From positions 1-64,000 of IMG/VR virus record IMGVR_UViG_3300028591_000009: DNA of 64,000 nt, one strand, 5' to 3'. This DNA is from a virus (taxonomy: Duplodnaviria; Caudoviricetes). Position 1 is the stretch's first letter. Each line of letters opens with the position of its first letter. The notes beneath the pieces are model-generated. The model made no database searches. It was given only the letters and a program-made list of their open reading frames with translations, and was not told the origin of the DNA. Below are positions 47,182 through 56,229 of the stretch, in pieces. The position numbers were made by a program, and so were the translations under genes.

Positions 47182-47928
47182 TTATACTTCTGGTTTATAA
47201 ACACGATCCCAATAGGTTGTTATAGTTCCATCTTCGTTACCTGTTGCTATAACAATATCTTTACCTGCGATGTGCCTAGCACGTGCTTCCATAATCGTTC
47301 CGTCTCCTCCAGACTTGAAGCTGATGTGAGTTTCATTATCTTTGCGATAGACGTACCCGACAGCGTCGGCCATACCACACACAATTTTCCCAAGTTTACC
47401 AACGAGGTCGATTTCTTTTGCGTTAACTTCTTCTCCATCTTTATCGGTGATACTGTCTTTGACATGGCCTATTAGAATAAATTCGTCACAAAGGTCCTTG
47501 AACATATCAATTACCTTCTTCACAGCGTCTCTTAGATATTTGTAACCTGCTCCACGAGCGAGCGTAGTGACATCCGTTCCTTTCCAGTTTTTTCCAAGTT
47601 CCGTTTGTCTATATAGAGTGCAAGCATAAGACATACAAATGTCTTCAAGACGTGTGGCATTGTCTATTGTAATGTGTTTATAGAAATTATGTCCCAACTC
47701 ATCATTCTTAGCTCGAACGGCTTGTGCAATCTCTCCAAGATCATTAATGGTACGTGCCTGAACAGCTAGCGCATCAATGAACTTAGATCCGCCTTCAAGG
47801 TCTATGATGAGATTATTCTCCAACTGAGCTACAGCACTGGTCTTACCTGCCTTAGGAAGGCCGTATAAAACCAAATACTGCGGATTAGTCGAAGTTGCAG
47901 GAACTTTTTGAGTTGGTAATATTATCAT
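47182..47928 (-). CDS. AAA_24 / Sak4-like ATPase, 248 aa
   Basis: YGLPKAGKT, IIDLEGG, ITIDNAT, LIGH, ADAVGY motifs. Confidence 0.85.
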   Translation of the reverse strand: MIILPTQKVPATSTNPQYLVLYGLPKAGKTSAVAQLENNLIIDLEGGSKFIDALAVQARTINDLGEIAQAVRAKNDELGHNFYKHITIDNATRLEDICMSYACTLYRQTELGKNWKGTDVTTLARGAGYKYLRDAVKKVIDMFKDLCDEFILIGHVKDSITDKDGEEVNAKEIDLVGKLGKIVCGMADAVGYVYRKDNETHISFKSGGDGTIMEARARHIAGKDIVIATGNEDGTITTYWDRVYKPEV

Positions 47929-47949
47929 ATTGACTTATAGTTCTAATGA

Positions 47950-48426
47950 TTAAAGAAGATTAATATTAATATTAGCTGCACCGTTGGTGTAGATATTAAT
48001 AATAGTCTTCTTGGTATTGGTACTCAATGACTTCAGGAAGTTGAAATCAGAGAAATCGGTATACTTATATGAATCGAAACCGATCTGGATCTCATCCTCG
48101 TAGAAAACAATGGGGGTACCATCACTCAGAGTATACATCTTACCGTAGATATACGGAATAGAGTAACTCTTCTTATACTTCTTATAATTAGCAAGAAAAT
48201 CAATAGCGTTGTCAAGCTTAGTATCATACTTCTTGCCCAGAAGAGCCTTGAAGAGGGCAGAGTCCTCATCATTCTTCTTACTGTTGTTAAACAGATAACT
48301 ATTCTTCTTAATTACATCAGCAATAACAAGATCGTCAAGAATCTTAGAATAGTTGGGTTTGCTACTAGTTGAAAAGGGAATACTATTGTTGTTGTTCTTC
48401 TTACCAAAAGTGTATGTTGTAATCAT
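47950..48426 (-). CDS. Hypothetical protein, 158 aa
   Basis: ORF in operon orientation with biased codons. Confidence 0.7.
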   Translation of the reverse strand: MITTYTFGKKNNNNSIPFSTSSKPNYSKILDDLVIADVIKKNSYLFNNSKKNDEDSALFKALLGKKYDTKLDNAIDFLANYKKYKKSYSIPYIYGKMYTLSDGTPIVFYEDEIQIGFDSYKYTDFSDFNFLKSLSTNTKKTIINIYTNGAANININLL

Positions 48427-48467
48427 AATTCAGCCTATTTTTTAAGTTAATACTAGCCATCTGCGCA

Positions 48468-49391
48468 TTAACTTTCAACCAGATTGTTGTACATCAAATC
48501 GTTCTCGAATTCAAGAATACAAGGCTTTCCTGCATCTCTGTTTTTCAACATGTGCATGTACACCTTATTTTGTGTAGGTAAACGGTTTGGACCGTACTCT
48601 TGGATGTTCAATATCTCTGGTCTATGCATCACAAGGACATAATCGCTTGCTTGGAACATTGCATCAGATGACGATAAATCACTTCTCATTGGGTAATGAC
48701 TCAATGGGTTGTTTATCCTCTCTGAAGACTCAATATTTCTATTCATCTGAGCGATCTGTATAACTGACGTCATCGGGAGCTTTTTAGCCTGGATGAATAC
48801 TCTTTCGAGTTCAGATGTAGTTTCTATAACAGAACCTACTTGTTTTGTCAGCAACGTGTGATCGTATACAATAATAAAGTGTTTCTTAGAACCCTTTATA
48901 TGTGACTCATAGAAAGATTTAATAGTTCGTTCTACCTCTGAAGGAGTAGTTGGATTATCTACAAAATAGATAGGATACTCTTTCAACTGGTTAGATACTG
49001 CAACTACGCGTTTAAACGTCTCATCGTCCAGGTCCATTTCTGAACTATACAAGGTAGAAGTAGTTATTCGAAGTTTATTCGACAACGTTCTTCCAACTTG
49101 CCTAAATCCAACCATCTCTAATGAGAAGTTTAGAATGACTATGTCTTCAGTTGGATTCAAATCAATTATGTCGGTAGTTAGCTCATTAACAAATGAGCTC
49201 TTTCCACTTCCAGATATACCAGCTATGGTAATGACAGTATTAGGTTCAATACCTCCCATACACTGCTTATTAAACTTTCTCCACCTAGTTTTAAGAGATA
49301 CAATATTATGCTCTCTTCTTCCTCTAACGTAGTTGATAGCCTCTTGGGCCACAACACTCATCGGACGTACATTAGATAAGTTCTGTTCCAT
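48468..49391 (-). CDS. DnaB-like replicative helicase (C-terminal ATPase domain only), 307 aa
   Basis: AGISGSGKS, FSLEM, VYDH, AQMNR, SDLSSSDAMFQASD, KNRD. Confidence 0.9.
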   Translation of the reverse strand: MEQNLSNVRPMSVVAQEAINYVRGRREHNIVSLKTRWRKFNKQCMGGIEPNTVITIAGISGSGKSSFVNELTTDIIDLNPTEDIVILNFSLEMVGFRQVGRTLSNKLRITTSTLYSSEMDLDDETFKRVVAVSNQLKEYPIYFVDNPTTPSEVERTIKSFYESHIKGSKKHFIIVYDHTLLTKQVGSVIETTSELERVFIQAKKLPMTSVIQIAQMNRNIESSERINNPLSHYPMRSDLSSSDAMFQASDYVLVMHRPEILNIQEYGPNRLPTQNKVYMHMLKNRDAGKPCILEFENDLMYNNLVES

Positions 49392-49938
49392 AAGAGTTTA
49401 CTGATATTTTGGAATTATCGTTCATTTCATCTTCTACAGCTTCCCATTGGCTACGTGTCAACCAATTCCACATGGTCATCATATAGCTAAGAGAGCCTTC
49501 TCTCATACGCTTAGATACTTCATAGTCGAGACACTTAATAATATGCTCGGCCATTGCAGAACTCCTTCCGCACTTGGTATTAAAGAAATGTCGACACTTA
49601 TTTACGTTCGCACGCAGATAAGATTTACTTCCATCCGCTCTCACAACATACACAGGATACATATCATAGAAAAGGTCGAAGTACTCTTTTTTAAGAGTAA
49701 CTTGTTGTAACAACTTCTCTGATGGTTCATATGTAACTGAATCACCTCTCCCTATCGAGTTGACCAAATGTTGATCGAGTAAGTATTGTATTTCGTCGTC
49801 GCTGATTAGGCTGACAATCTTGCGGACGTCTTGATATTTAGGCTGATTCTTATCCAACACAATACTCAGAAACAATAATTGATTTGCGTTTAATTCTGGA
49901 TTTTCATCCAAAATCTTTGTGTTTACTTCAATAATCAT
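49372..49938 (-). CDS. Putative replication initiator / helicase partner, 188 aa
   Basis: Possible N-terminal wHTH, FDLFYDMYP...WNWL motif; overlaps the dnaB-like gene. Confidence 0.55.
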   Translation of the reverse strand: MIIEVNTKILDENPELNANQLLFLSIVLDKNQPKYQDVRKIVSLISDDEIQYLLDQHLVNSIGRGDSVTYEPSEKLLQQVTLKKEYFDLFYDMYPVYVVRADGSKSYLRANVNKCRHFFNTKCGRSSAMAEHIIKCLDYEVSKRMREGSLSYMMTMWNWLTRSQWEAVEDEMNDNSKISVNSYGTELI

Positions 49939-49968
49939 ACTATCGACTCTTGGGTTCTAAGTGTATTA

Positions 49969-51840
49969 CTAAAATAATTCTAGTTGTTGTTCAGTAAAGT
50001 CAGCAATTATCTTTTTGGCTTCACTGGTATAGTAACGATAGTTAATTTTGCGATCTTCTATCGGTGTATCATCAAACTTATTCAGGATTGTTACTCCTGA
50101 TTTTGTTAACATATTTGTTCGGTCTCTACCATCTTCAGGATTATCCTTATAAAGGTATTCACCGTTAGTGCTTGCATAAAATCTATTGATACGTTGTACA
50201 GGTTTATCACCATGCATAACTTTAAACTTCTTATCTACAGCTTGTGACATTAAGAAATCACGGATATCTTTATCCTTCTCAATAGTTTCTGTCACTGGAA
50301 TGTTATGGACAAAGTAATTTATTACAGCTTTTGGAATGACTACTGGTGCTAGTCCCTTCCCAAGCTTTGTTTTTGTAATAAACATACCTTTTTCTTCTAT
50401 CTCTCCGCCTTTCAAGACCCCAAAGTAGTCATTGATAGCGTATTGATAGAATGCTTCGTACTCATCTACTTCAAAACCAAGTTGTGTAATCTGTTCTACC
50501 TCTGAGATGGCTCTCTCTATACCCTCTTTAAGGCTGTTTTTAGCCCTGTAGACGACGCCATCAGTGTTGACCTGAATGATTTCACATCCAAGCTCCAAAA
50601 GCCTGTCTACAAGCATTAAAAGGATTAGCTGACCGTTTATTCTAATCTTAAAAACATTGAACGGATCATACATCCAACTTACCTCCTGTTGCATTTTACC
50701 AGTAGGAGAATTAAGCACGATCTTTAGAAACAGATTCTTAATCTTTTGACCAGTACGTTTTGCTTCTATTCGTTCATAATAAATACCTTCGAATATATCG
50801 CAAAATAGTTTTCCTAAGTGTCGAGGACCCAATTGATACTTAATTAATAAGCTTGGATACATACTAGTGACGTCGGCGTGTCCTATGTGCTCGTCATCTT
50901 TAGGGTGGAATATTTTCGGAGTATGTATAGAGTGAATACCTCCTACGCCTACTGAATACACCACATTTGAGAGAACAAACTTCTTCTCATAGCCTTTGCG
51001 CTCTTTAGAGTATACGATCTGTTTCTTCATATCCTCAAGAACGTCCTGTAACTTTGGATTTTTGTATTTTATAAACGGCAGAATAACATCCTTCAATGGA
51101 ATATAATCCATAGGAGAACGCATTTCCTTTATAACATTTTTTGGAATACCTGACCGTTTAGAATATTCTTCTAACAGGAAGGTTTCTGCCATTTTAACAC
51201 TGTCCATAGAAAGACAATCTATGCCGTGTTCTTTTTCGATAAACAACCTTAAATCGATTTGCTCTTTCAAGCGGCTTAATAACTCAGTAGTCGATTCAAC
51301 ATCGTTTATATTGTATGCTATCATTTCGTCAATTTTATCTACAGGCAAGGGTTGATCGAAATCTCCCTCATACTCATAGACATTCTTATAGTGCATTGTA
51401 ACCTGCATGGTTTTCAAACCCACTCTAAGCTTTTGACTAAACTGCATTGTGAGTAAGTCCATAGACTCGAAGTAATGTGCATACTTCCATCGTTTGAGCT
51501 TCTCACGACTCCCATCTTCGTCTTCCACTATCGTAGTAGATAGATTAAACAAAGACTGACAAATCTTCCAATAAGGTAAACTTGCCAGTGTATGTGAATA
51601 ATCAATTATATAATTGATTATAACATCGTCATAATGATGGTTATTATAACCACAAAACATTCGCATGCTTTGTTTACCCTCAGATAAAAAGAAACCAACT
51701 AGATCTTCTAGTTGATTCCTTCTTTCTGATATCTCAAATTTGTATAGTCGACTTGTCTCTGTATCTTTACAGCAACAGTGGAAACAATTAGGGAATATCT
51801 CTACGTCGTATACGTAGACTATTCGATTTCGTATCCACAT
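49969..51840 (-). CDS. Family B DNA polymerase, 623 aa
   Basis: Exo motifs YDVE, GYNNHHYD, YNINDV; polymerase motifs DVTSMYPS, KIVLNSPTG, NTDG; stop is TAG TAA. Confidence 0.9.
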   Translation of the reverse strand: MWIRNRIVYVYDVEIFPNCFHCCCKDTETSRLYKFEISERRNQLEDLVGFFLSEGKQSMRMFCGYNNHHYDDVIINYIIDYSHTLASLPYWKICQSLFNLSTTIVEDEDGSREKLKRWKYAHYFESMDLLTMQFSQKLRVGLKTMQVTMHYKNVYEYEGDFDQPLPVDKIDEMIAYNINDVESTTELLSRLKEQIDLRLFIEKEHGIDCLSMDSVKMAETFLLEEYSKRSGIPKNVIKEMRSPMDYIPLKDVILPFIKYKNPKLQDVLEDMKKQIVYSKERKGYEKKFVLSNVVYSVGVGGIHSIHTPKIFHPKDDEHIGHADVTSMYPSLLIKYQLGPRHLGKLFCDIFEGIYYERIEAKRTGQKIKNLFLKIVLNSPTGKMQQEVSWMYDPFNVFKIRINGQLILLMLVDRLLELGCEIIQVNTDGVVYRAKNSLKEGIERAISEVEQITQLGFEVDEYEAFYQYAINDYFGVLKGGEIEEKGMFITKTKLGKGLAPVVIPKAVINYFVHNIPVTETIEKDKDIRDFLMSQAVDKKFKVMHGDKPVQRINRFYASTNGEYLYKDNPEDGRDRTNMLTKSGVTILNKFDDTPIEDRKINYRYYTSEAKKIIADFTEQQLELF

Positions 51841-51867
51841 GACTCATAGGTTCTTTAGTTAATACTA

Positions 51868-51948
51868 GGGACAGGTGCTGGATTCGAACCAACATTCTAC
51901 AGCTGACCTATAGCATTACTGCAGTACTACCATTATACTAACCCATCC
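51868..51948 (-). ncRNA. tRNA-like RNA with 14-nt anticodon loop
   Basis: 8-bp acceptor GGATGGGT/ACCTGTCC, D arm GTAT-AATGGTA-GTAC, T arm GTTGG-TTCGAAT-CCAGC. Confidence 0.7.
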
Positions 51949-51951
51949 TTG

Positions 51952-52050
51952 TGTACACCGAGGAATCGAACCTCTCTCCGTTTCGCGAGGACTCGCTTGG
52001 CGATGTCCACGAAGAACCGTCCTAACGTCAATTAGACTTCGGTAGTGTAC
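51952..52050 (-). ncRNA. tRNA-like RNA with expanded, branched core
   Basis: Acceptor GTACACT/GGTGTAC-A, T arm GAGG-TTCGATT-CCTC, internal stems ACCG/CGGT, TCTTCGT/ACGGAGA, GGAC/GTCC. Confidence 0.65.
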
Positions 52051-52088
52051 TAACACAGTTACGTGCTAAGCAGAGGCTTTACTGTGCA

Positions 52089-52856
52089 TTATGCGGCCTT
52101 ACGCTCAGGAAGGATTATTCGTCCTTTCTTGCGCTTATGGTCTCTCAGATTTCCAGCAACAAACTTCTCACTCTTAGCGGAAGCCTCGTTTACTTTCTTC
52201 TGAGCGTGTTTGAGAAGTTTAGAATCCTTCTTGAGTTCATTGACTTTATGACCTTCGCCATTTATGTCTTTGATCTCAGCGATCTGCTTCTCCTCAAACT
52301 TATGTTCACCAGTCTTATACCGACCAGTCAACGGTAACTTGTCAAACATTGAGACAACAAAGTCTCTGATGCGAGTCAAAGCCTCCTCACGTTCTTTCTC
52401 CCAAAGAGGAATATATTCGTCTTTGAAGAGATCGTCTGTAGGACAGGGCTTCGGATGTTTATGTTCCCACCTCTTCATCTTCTCGTCTTCATAAGCCTTC
52501 ATCTTTGCGGCTTTGCCGAGATTCTTCCAAAGCTTCTTCTCGTGGGCGTGTGCATCTGGGAACTCTGATGGATAATCCCACTTCTTAAGTTCTACGGTAC
52601 CATCTTTGTATCTTATCCACTTTTGTCCACGACATCTTTTACGAAGATTCTTTGGTTGAGGATATCCTTCTTTTGGATTTGTCCAACCACCTCCCTTAGT
52701 ACCTTTTACAGTACCCCAGGAATATTTAATATCAATGATATCTTCCTTCTTAGCCTCAGGTATTGTACAGTTTCTAACGGAATGCTGACGACTGTTGGCT
52801 GCAAGGTTCGCTACTTTTCTTCTACGAGCCTTAAGACGTATGCTGCTATGTGCCAT
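52089..52856 (-). CDS. Highly basic hypothetical protein, 255 aa, ends ERKAA
   Basis: Lys/Arg-rich ORF in operon orientation. Confidence 0.75.
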   Translation of the reverse strand: MAHSSIRLKARRRKVANLAANSRQHSVRNCTIPEAKKEDIIDIKYSWGTVKGTKGGGWTNPKEGYPQPKNLRKRCRGQKWIRYKDGTVELKKWDYPSEFPDAHAHEKKLWKNLGKAAKMKAYEDEKMKRWEHKHPKPCPTDDLFKDEYIPLWEKEREEALTRIRDFVVSMFDKLPLTGRYKTGEHKFEEKQIAEIKDINGEGHKVNELKKDSKLLKHAQKKVNEASAKSEKFVAGNLRDHKRKKGRIILPERKAA

Positions 52857-52885
52857 ATTAGTTTACTTATTAGGTTTACCATATG

Positions 52886-53761
52886 TTATGCAGCCTTTTT
52901 AACGTTCGTAGAGGCCTTTTCTGAGCCTTTAGAGCTCTTTTTAGCGTTCAGCTGTACAGTTATAGCTTTCTGCTTAGCAATGCGCTCAGCAAGGCTTAAA
53001 ACAGCCTGCGTACTGTTGGCCTTTATCCACGCTCGCTTACCAATTTTAACTTTCGTCTTATTGGTTCCGGCGTTTGGACGGGGCGACGGCTTACGTCTTG
53101 CCAGGAGTTTTCCGTTCTTATTAAACTTCTCAGAACCGTGAGTTCTAATCGGTTTAATCTCTCTTGTAATCTTATCTTTAAGTCTACCTATTTGCATTCT
53201 ATGAATGGCACGAGTAGATCCACGACCTTTGAATGTCGCTGCTTTTGCAGCAGCTTTCTTCTCAGCCGTATTGTTAGTAGGCTTCTTTACCTTCTCTCTA
53301 TCTTCCTTAGAGATTACAGACTCCATCTTCTTGGCGTAAGGATATATCTTAGCCTTAGGTGGAGCGATCTCGCGTATCTTCGCGAGTACATCCTGGTTAC
53401 CGTCAATAGAGAAAAACGTATCTCCGTGATACTTATAATGAATATTAGCCTTTGCCAGGGCTTCCTTCACCATGGGACCATCGTCACGATTCAACATTAT
53501 TAAAATGTTGTATTCCTTAGGAGCGTCGAGCTGTTCTATGAGTTTCTTTACGAGCTCTTCTGTTTTTTCGTCGTCGAACTTCATACGCTTACAACGGCGA
53601 CGCAGAGCGTTAATACGGAAACTACGGTACTGTTCCTCACGAGCCTTCTTGCGGGCTTCCGTTTCTTTCATTAGAGTTACTTTACCTGTGGGAACTTTGG
53701 ATGTATTCTTGTTGGTAGCCTGACTCTTCTGAGCAGTTTCTACCTTTGTATTGTTATTCAT
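52886..53761 (-). CDS. Highly basic hypothetical protein, 291 aa, ends VKKAA
   Basis: Lys-rich ORF in operon orientation. Confidence 0.75.
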   Translation of the reverse strand: MNNNTKVETAQKSQATNKNTSKVPTGKVTLMKETEARKKAREEQYRSFRINALRRRCKRMKFDDEKTEELVKKLIEQLDAPKEYNILIMLNRDDGPMVKEALAKANIHYKYHGDTFFSIDGNQDVLAKIREIAPPKAKIYPYAKKMESVISKEDREKVKKPTNNTAEKKAAAKAATFKGRGSTRAIHRMQIGRLKDKITREIKPIRTHGSEKFNKNGKLLARRKPSPRPNAGTNKTKVKIGKRAWIKANSTQAVLSLAERIAKQKAITVQLNAKKSSKGSEKASTNVKKAA

Positions 53762-53775
53762 ATTGATTATGCTAT

Positions 53776-53982
53776 TTATTTGTTAAAAACTTTGTTAATT
53801 AAACGAGTAATAAAACTCTTTCTCTTGAAGATATATACTATACCCTCTTCACCAGAATTGAATACAGCCTTAAGGTTGTAATCTTTGCTGTGTTTGTTTA
53901 AATCGGTGTTTGCCATAAAATGAGGCAGAACCACCTGCTTGTATTTTGGTTTCATCTTTGATAAATGAATTTTGTTAAACAT
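53776..53982 (-). CDS. Small basic hypothetical protein, 68 aa
   Basis: ATG start in A/T-rich context. Confidence 0.6.
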   Translation of the reverse strand: MFNKIHLSKMKPKYKQVVLPHFMANTDLNKHSKDYNLKAVFNSGEEGIVYIFKRKSFITRLINKVFNK

Positions 53983-54003
53983 GTTAATTATTGGGAAATA
54001 TTG

Positions 54004-54066
54004 CGATCAGTGCGGGAACGATCCGCTCGTACGTTTCTTTACACGTACGCACCAGCATTCTGATCC
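54004..54066 (-). ncRNA. D-armless tRNA-like element
   Basis: GATCAG/CTGATC closing stem, CGTACGT-8nt-ACGTACG arm, GCGG-ATCGTTC-CCGC T-like arm. Confidence 0.45.
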
Positions 54067-54075
54067 ATATGTATT

Positions 54076-54618
54076 TTACGCTGCCATATCAATCTTAAAC
54101 ATATCTGCTGTTGCAGCATCGAGATCGATAGAAGTCTTCGTATTAAAGTCCTCCATTGCAGTATCAAACTTGTTAGCCTTCAACTGGAGATCCTTAATCA
54201 TAGAAGCAATCTTTGCAGATGTGAATACCTCATCCTTACCGATATTCTTCAGACCCTTCTGAGCCTTAGTCTTCTGGTCAAGAGTAGGAATCATCTTCAA
54301 CTGACAAATAGCCTCCTTCATCTCGCAAGCCATAAAAATACTATAATTGTTCGTCTTCTTAAACGCCTCCTTGTCAAAAGTAGTAATACCCATATTCAAA
54401 TACATAAGCATACCCTTAATATAGACAAGTTTCTCGGCCATCTGTGTGATCTCATTATAGAGATTCTTCACATCATGGGAACGCAGACCAGCCTTAATCT
54501 CTTTCTTGGAGAGAAGGTTCTCTGCCTTAATATAATTCCAATACTTCTTCTTCTTAGAATTAATCTCATCGCGCATAGCGATTATCTTACTTGAATTCAA
54601 CTTAATTGATTTCGTCAT
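54076..54618 (-). CDS. Basic helical hypothetical protein, ~180 aa, ends IDMAA
   Basis: Track ORF 54076..54693; the ATG at 54618 (MTKSIKL) is the more plausible start. Confidence 0.7.
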   Translation of the reverse strand: MTKSIKLNSSKIIAMRDEINSKKKKYWNYIKAENLLSKKEIKAGLRSHDVKNLYNEITQMAEKLVYIKGMLMYLNMGITTFDKEAFKKTNNYSIFMACEMKEAICQLKMIPTLDQKTKAQKGLKNIGKDEVFTSAKIASMIKDLQLKANKFDTAMEDFNTKTSIDLDAATADMFKIDMAA

Positions 54619-54895
54619 ACTATAAACATTTGATTTAGTTAAACTTCCGTGAATTATGTTGAATTCGAGATTACCTACGTGCCTTATATCCAATCGCTTG
54701 TGTATAAAGCTAAAACTAATCTCCGAGGAGAGGGTCCCTCGAGACCCTACTCCTCAAAACACCCTCAAGTGTATAAATGAGATTGTTTTTATTGTTGTTT
54801 TTACACTTCTCAACTAAGATAAGAATTGTAATAATAAGTGTTTGTAAATCCTTGTCTGCTAATGCCTCGACATATACAGACTAAATCCCTCGAGA

Positions 54896-55483
54896 TTATT
54901 CATCGGACGTACTTACACTCATTCCTACTATCCCCGTTTCCAGGTTAAGAAATGCTTTACCAGTTGCGTCAGGAAAGTGAAATACGCGATGCTTGTCGGA
55001 TACGTTCACGTTCACGACAACGGGCTCTGCAACAGGTTTGACGACTACGCTTGAGCCTGACTTCCTCCGGTCTCCCTCGAGAGACGCTCCACCGCCTTTA
55101 TTGTTGCATACATGCTCGTGTATCTCGAATAAACGAGAAACAACCCAATCATATTCATTTTCGCGTTGTGCTTTCTTAGCAATTTCAACACCAAGTCCTT
55201 CTTCAATGGCAACTGCATTGTCACCTACAGAAAGACTCACAAGGGCATCCCATACGGCTAATGCCCAACTCTCGAACGGCAGTTTTACCTGACATCCGAT
55301 TAGTCGATTCCAGAAATCAAAGCTTGTTTCACCAAGAACTACAGTTCCATCGTCACAAACTCTGAAGATTGCGTATGATTTACCCTCTCCGCCGACAGCT
55401 TTTACTTTTTCTGCGACGGTCTCATTTTTCATCAACTGGACCATCAAACCGATAGACCAGTCTGTGAGGGATTTAACCTTCAT
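54896..55483 (-). CDS. Hypothetical protein, 195 aa
   Basis: ORF starting 1 nt after the upstream stop. Confidence 0.75.
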   Translation of the reverse strand: MKVKSLTDWSIGLMVQLMKNETVAEKVKAVGGEGKSYAIFRVCDDGTVVLGETSFDFWNRLIGCQVKLPFESWALAVWDALVSLSVGDNAVAIEEGLGVEIAKKAQRENEYDWVVSRLFEIHEHVCNNKGGGASLEGDRRKSGSSVVVKPVAEPVVVNVNVSDKHRVFHFPDATGKAFLNLETGIVGMSVSTSDE

Positions 55484-55484
55484 A

Positions 55485-56159
55485 TTACTCGTTAGATGTA
55501 TGAACGTTAATCACACTCGTAGCGCCACCATTAAGGATGTCCTTAATCTTGACATTATCCATCTTGGAGTCGTTCCACTCCTTAGAAATCTCATCTGCTT
55601 TCTTATCGTTCTCGACGATAGCGCCCTGGATGTTCTGCTTCATCTTGTTCAGAGCTGACATCAGCATGTCAATGTTCTTGAGTTCAGCGCGGTTAGCGTC
55701 GTTCAGAACCTTGGCAACCTTCTTAGCGTCCAGGAAGAAGTTCTCACCCTCAGCGTGAATAGCAGCCTCGATTGCATCTTCGATGGGCTTCTCGGTTACA
55801 ACTGGATTAACACCGTTGTTGAGCGGGAAGAACAAATCACGAGTGCCATCGGGGCGAGCATTGATAGAGATACCTACCTGCTTAGCCTCACCGATACCTA
55901 CTGTATCGAAGCAAGCACCAATGATATCCTTGGTACGGAGCGTGTACTTGCGAGGAGAACGATTGGTAATCAACAGAGCAACACCAGGAGTGTTTGCCTG
56001 CTTCTTGTCGTTCTCAAAGCCTTCCTTGCCGCCGGCCCAGATTTCCTTCATTTCAACTTCAGTGTAAGCTTTGCCTAGCAAAGCACCAATAAGACTAGCA
56101 GCCTGACGAGTGCTAGGGATGACGTTTGAAATATTAACGTCGATAGTTTTTTCTGCCAT
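55485..56159 (-). CDS. Hypothetical protein with C-terminal coiled coil, ~224 aa
   Basis: Biased codons; AAAAATGGCA start context at 56159 as in the genes at 60230 and 63833. Confidence 0.75.
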   Translation of the reverse strand: MAEKTIDVNISNVIPSTRQAASLIGALLGKAYTEVEMKEIWAGGKEGFENDKKQANTPGVALLITNRSPRKYTLRTKDIIGACFDTVGIGEAKQVGISINARPDGTRDLFFPLNNGVNPVVTEKPIEDAIEAAIHAEGENFFLDAKKVAKVLNDANRAELKNIDMLMSALNKMKQNIQGAIVENDKKADEISKEWNDSKMDNVKIKDILNGGATSVINVHTSNE

Positions 56160-56229
56160 TTTTCTTTCCTTTTTGATATCGTGGTTGATCCACCAACGAA
56201 AGATTAATAATTCCTGCTTCAAGGTGCAG

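Noticed and set aside
44480-51854. GAAC...GTC motif as an ECF sigma -35/-10 promoter
   Set aside because: The elements are only 5-6 nt apart rather than ~16 and abut start codons; a DNA role is not fully excluded
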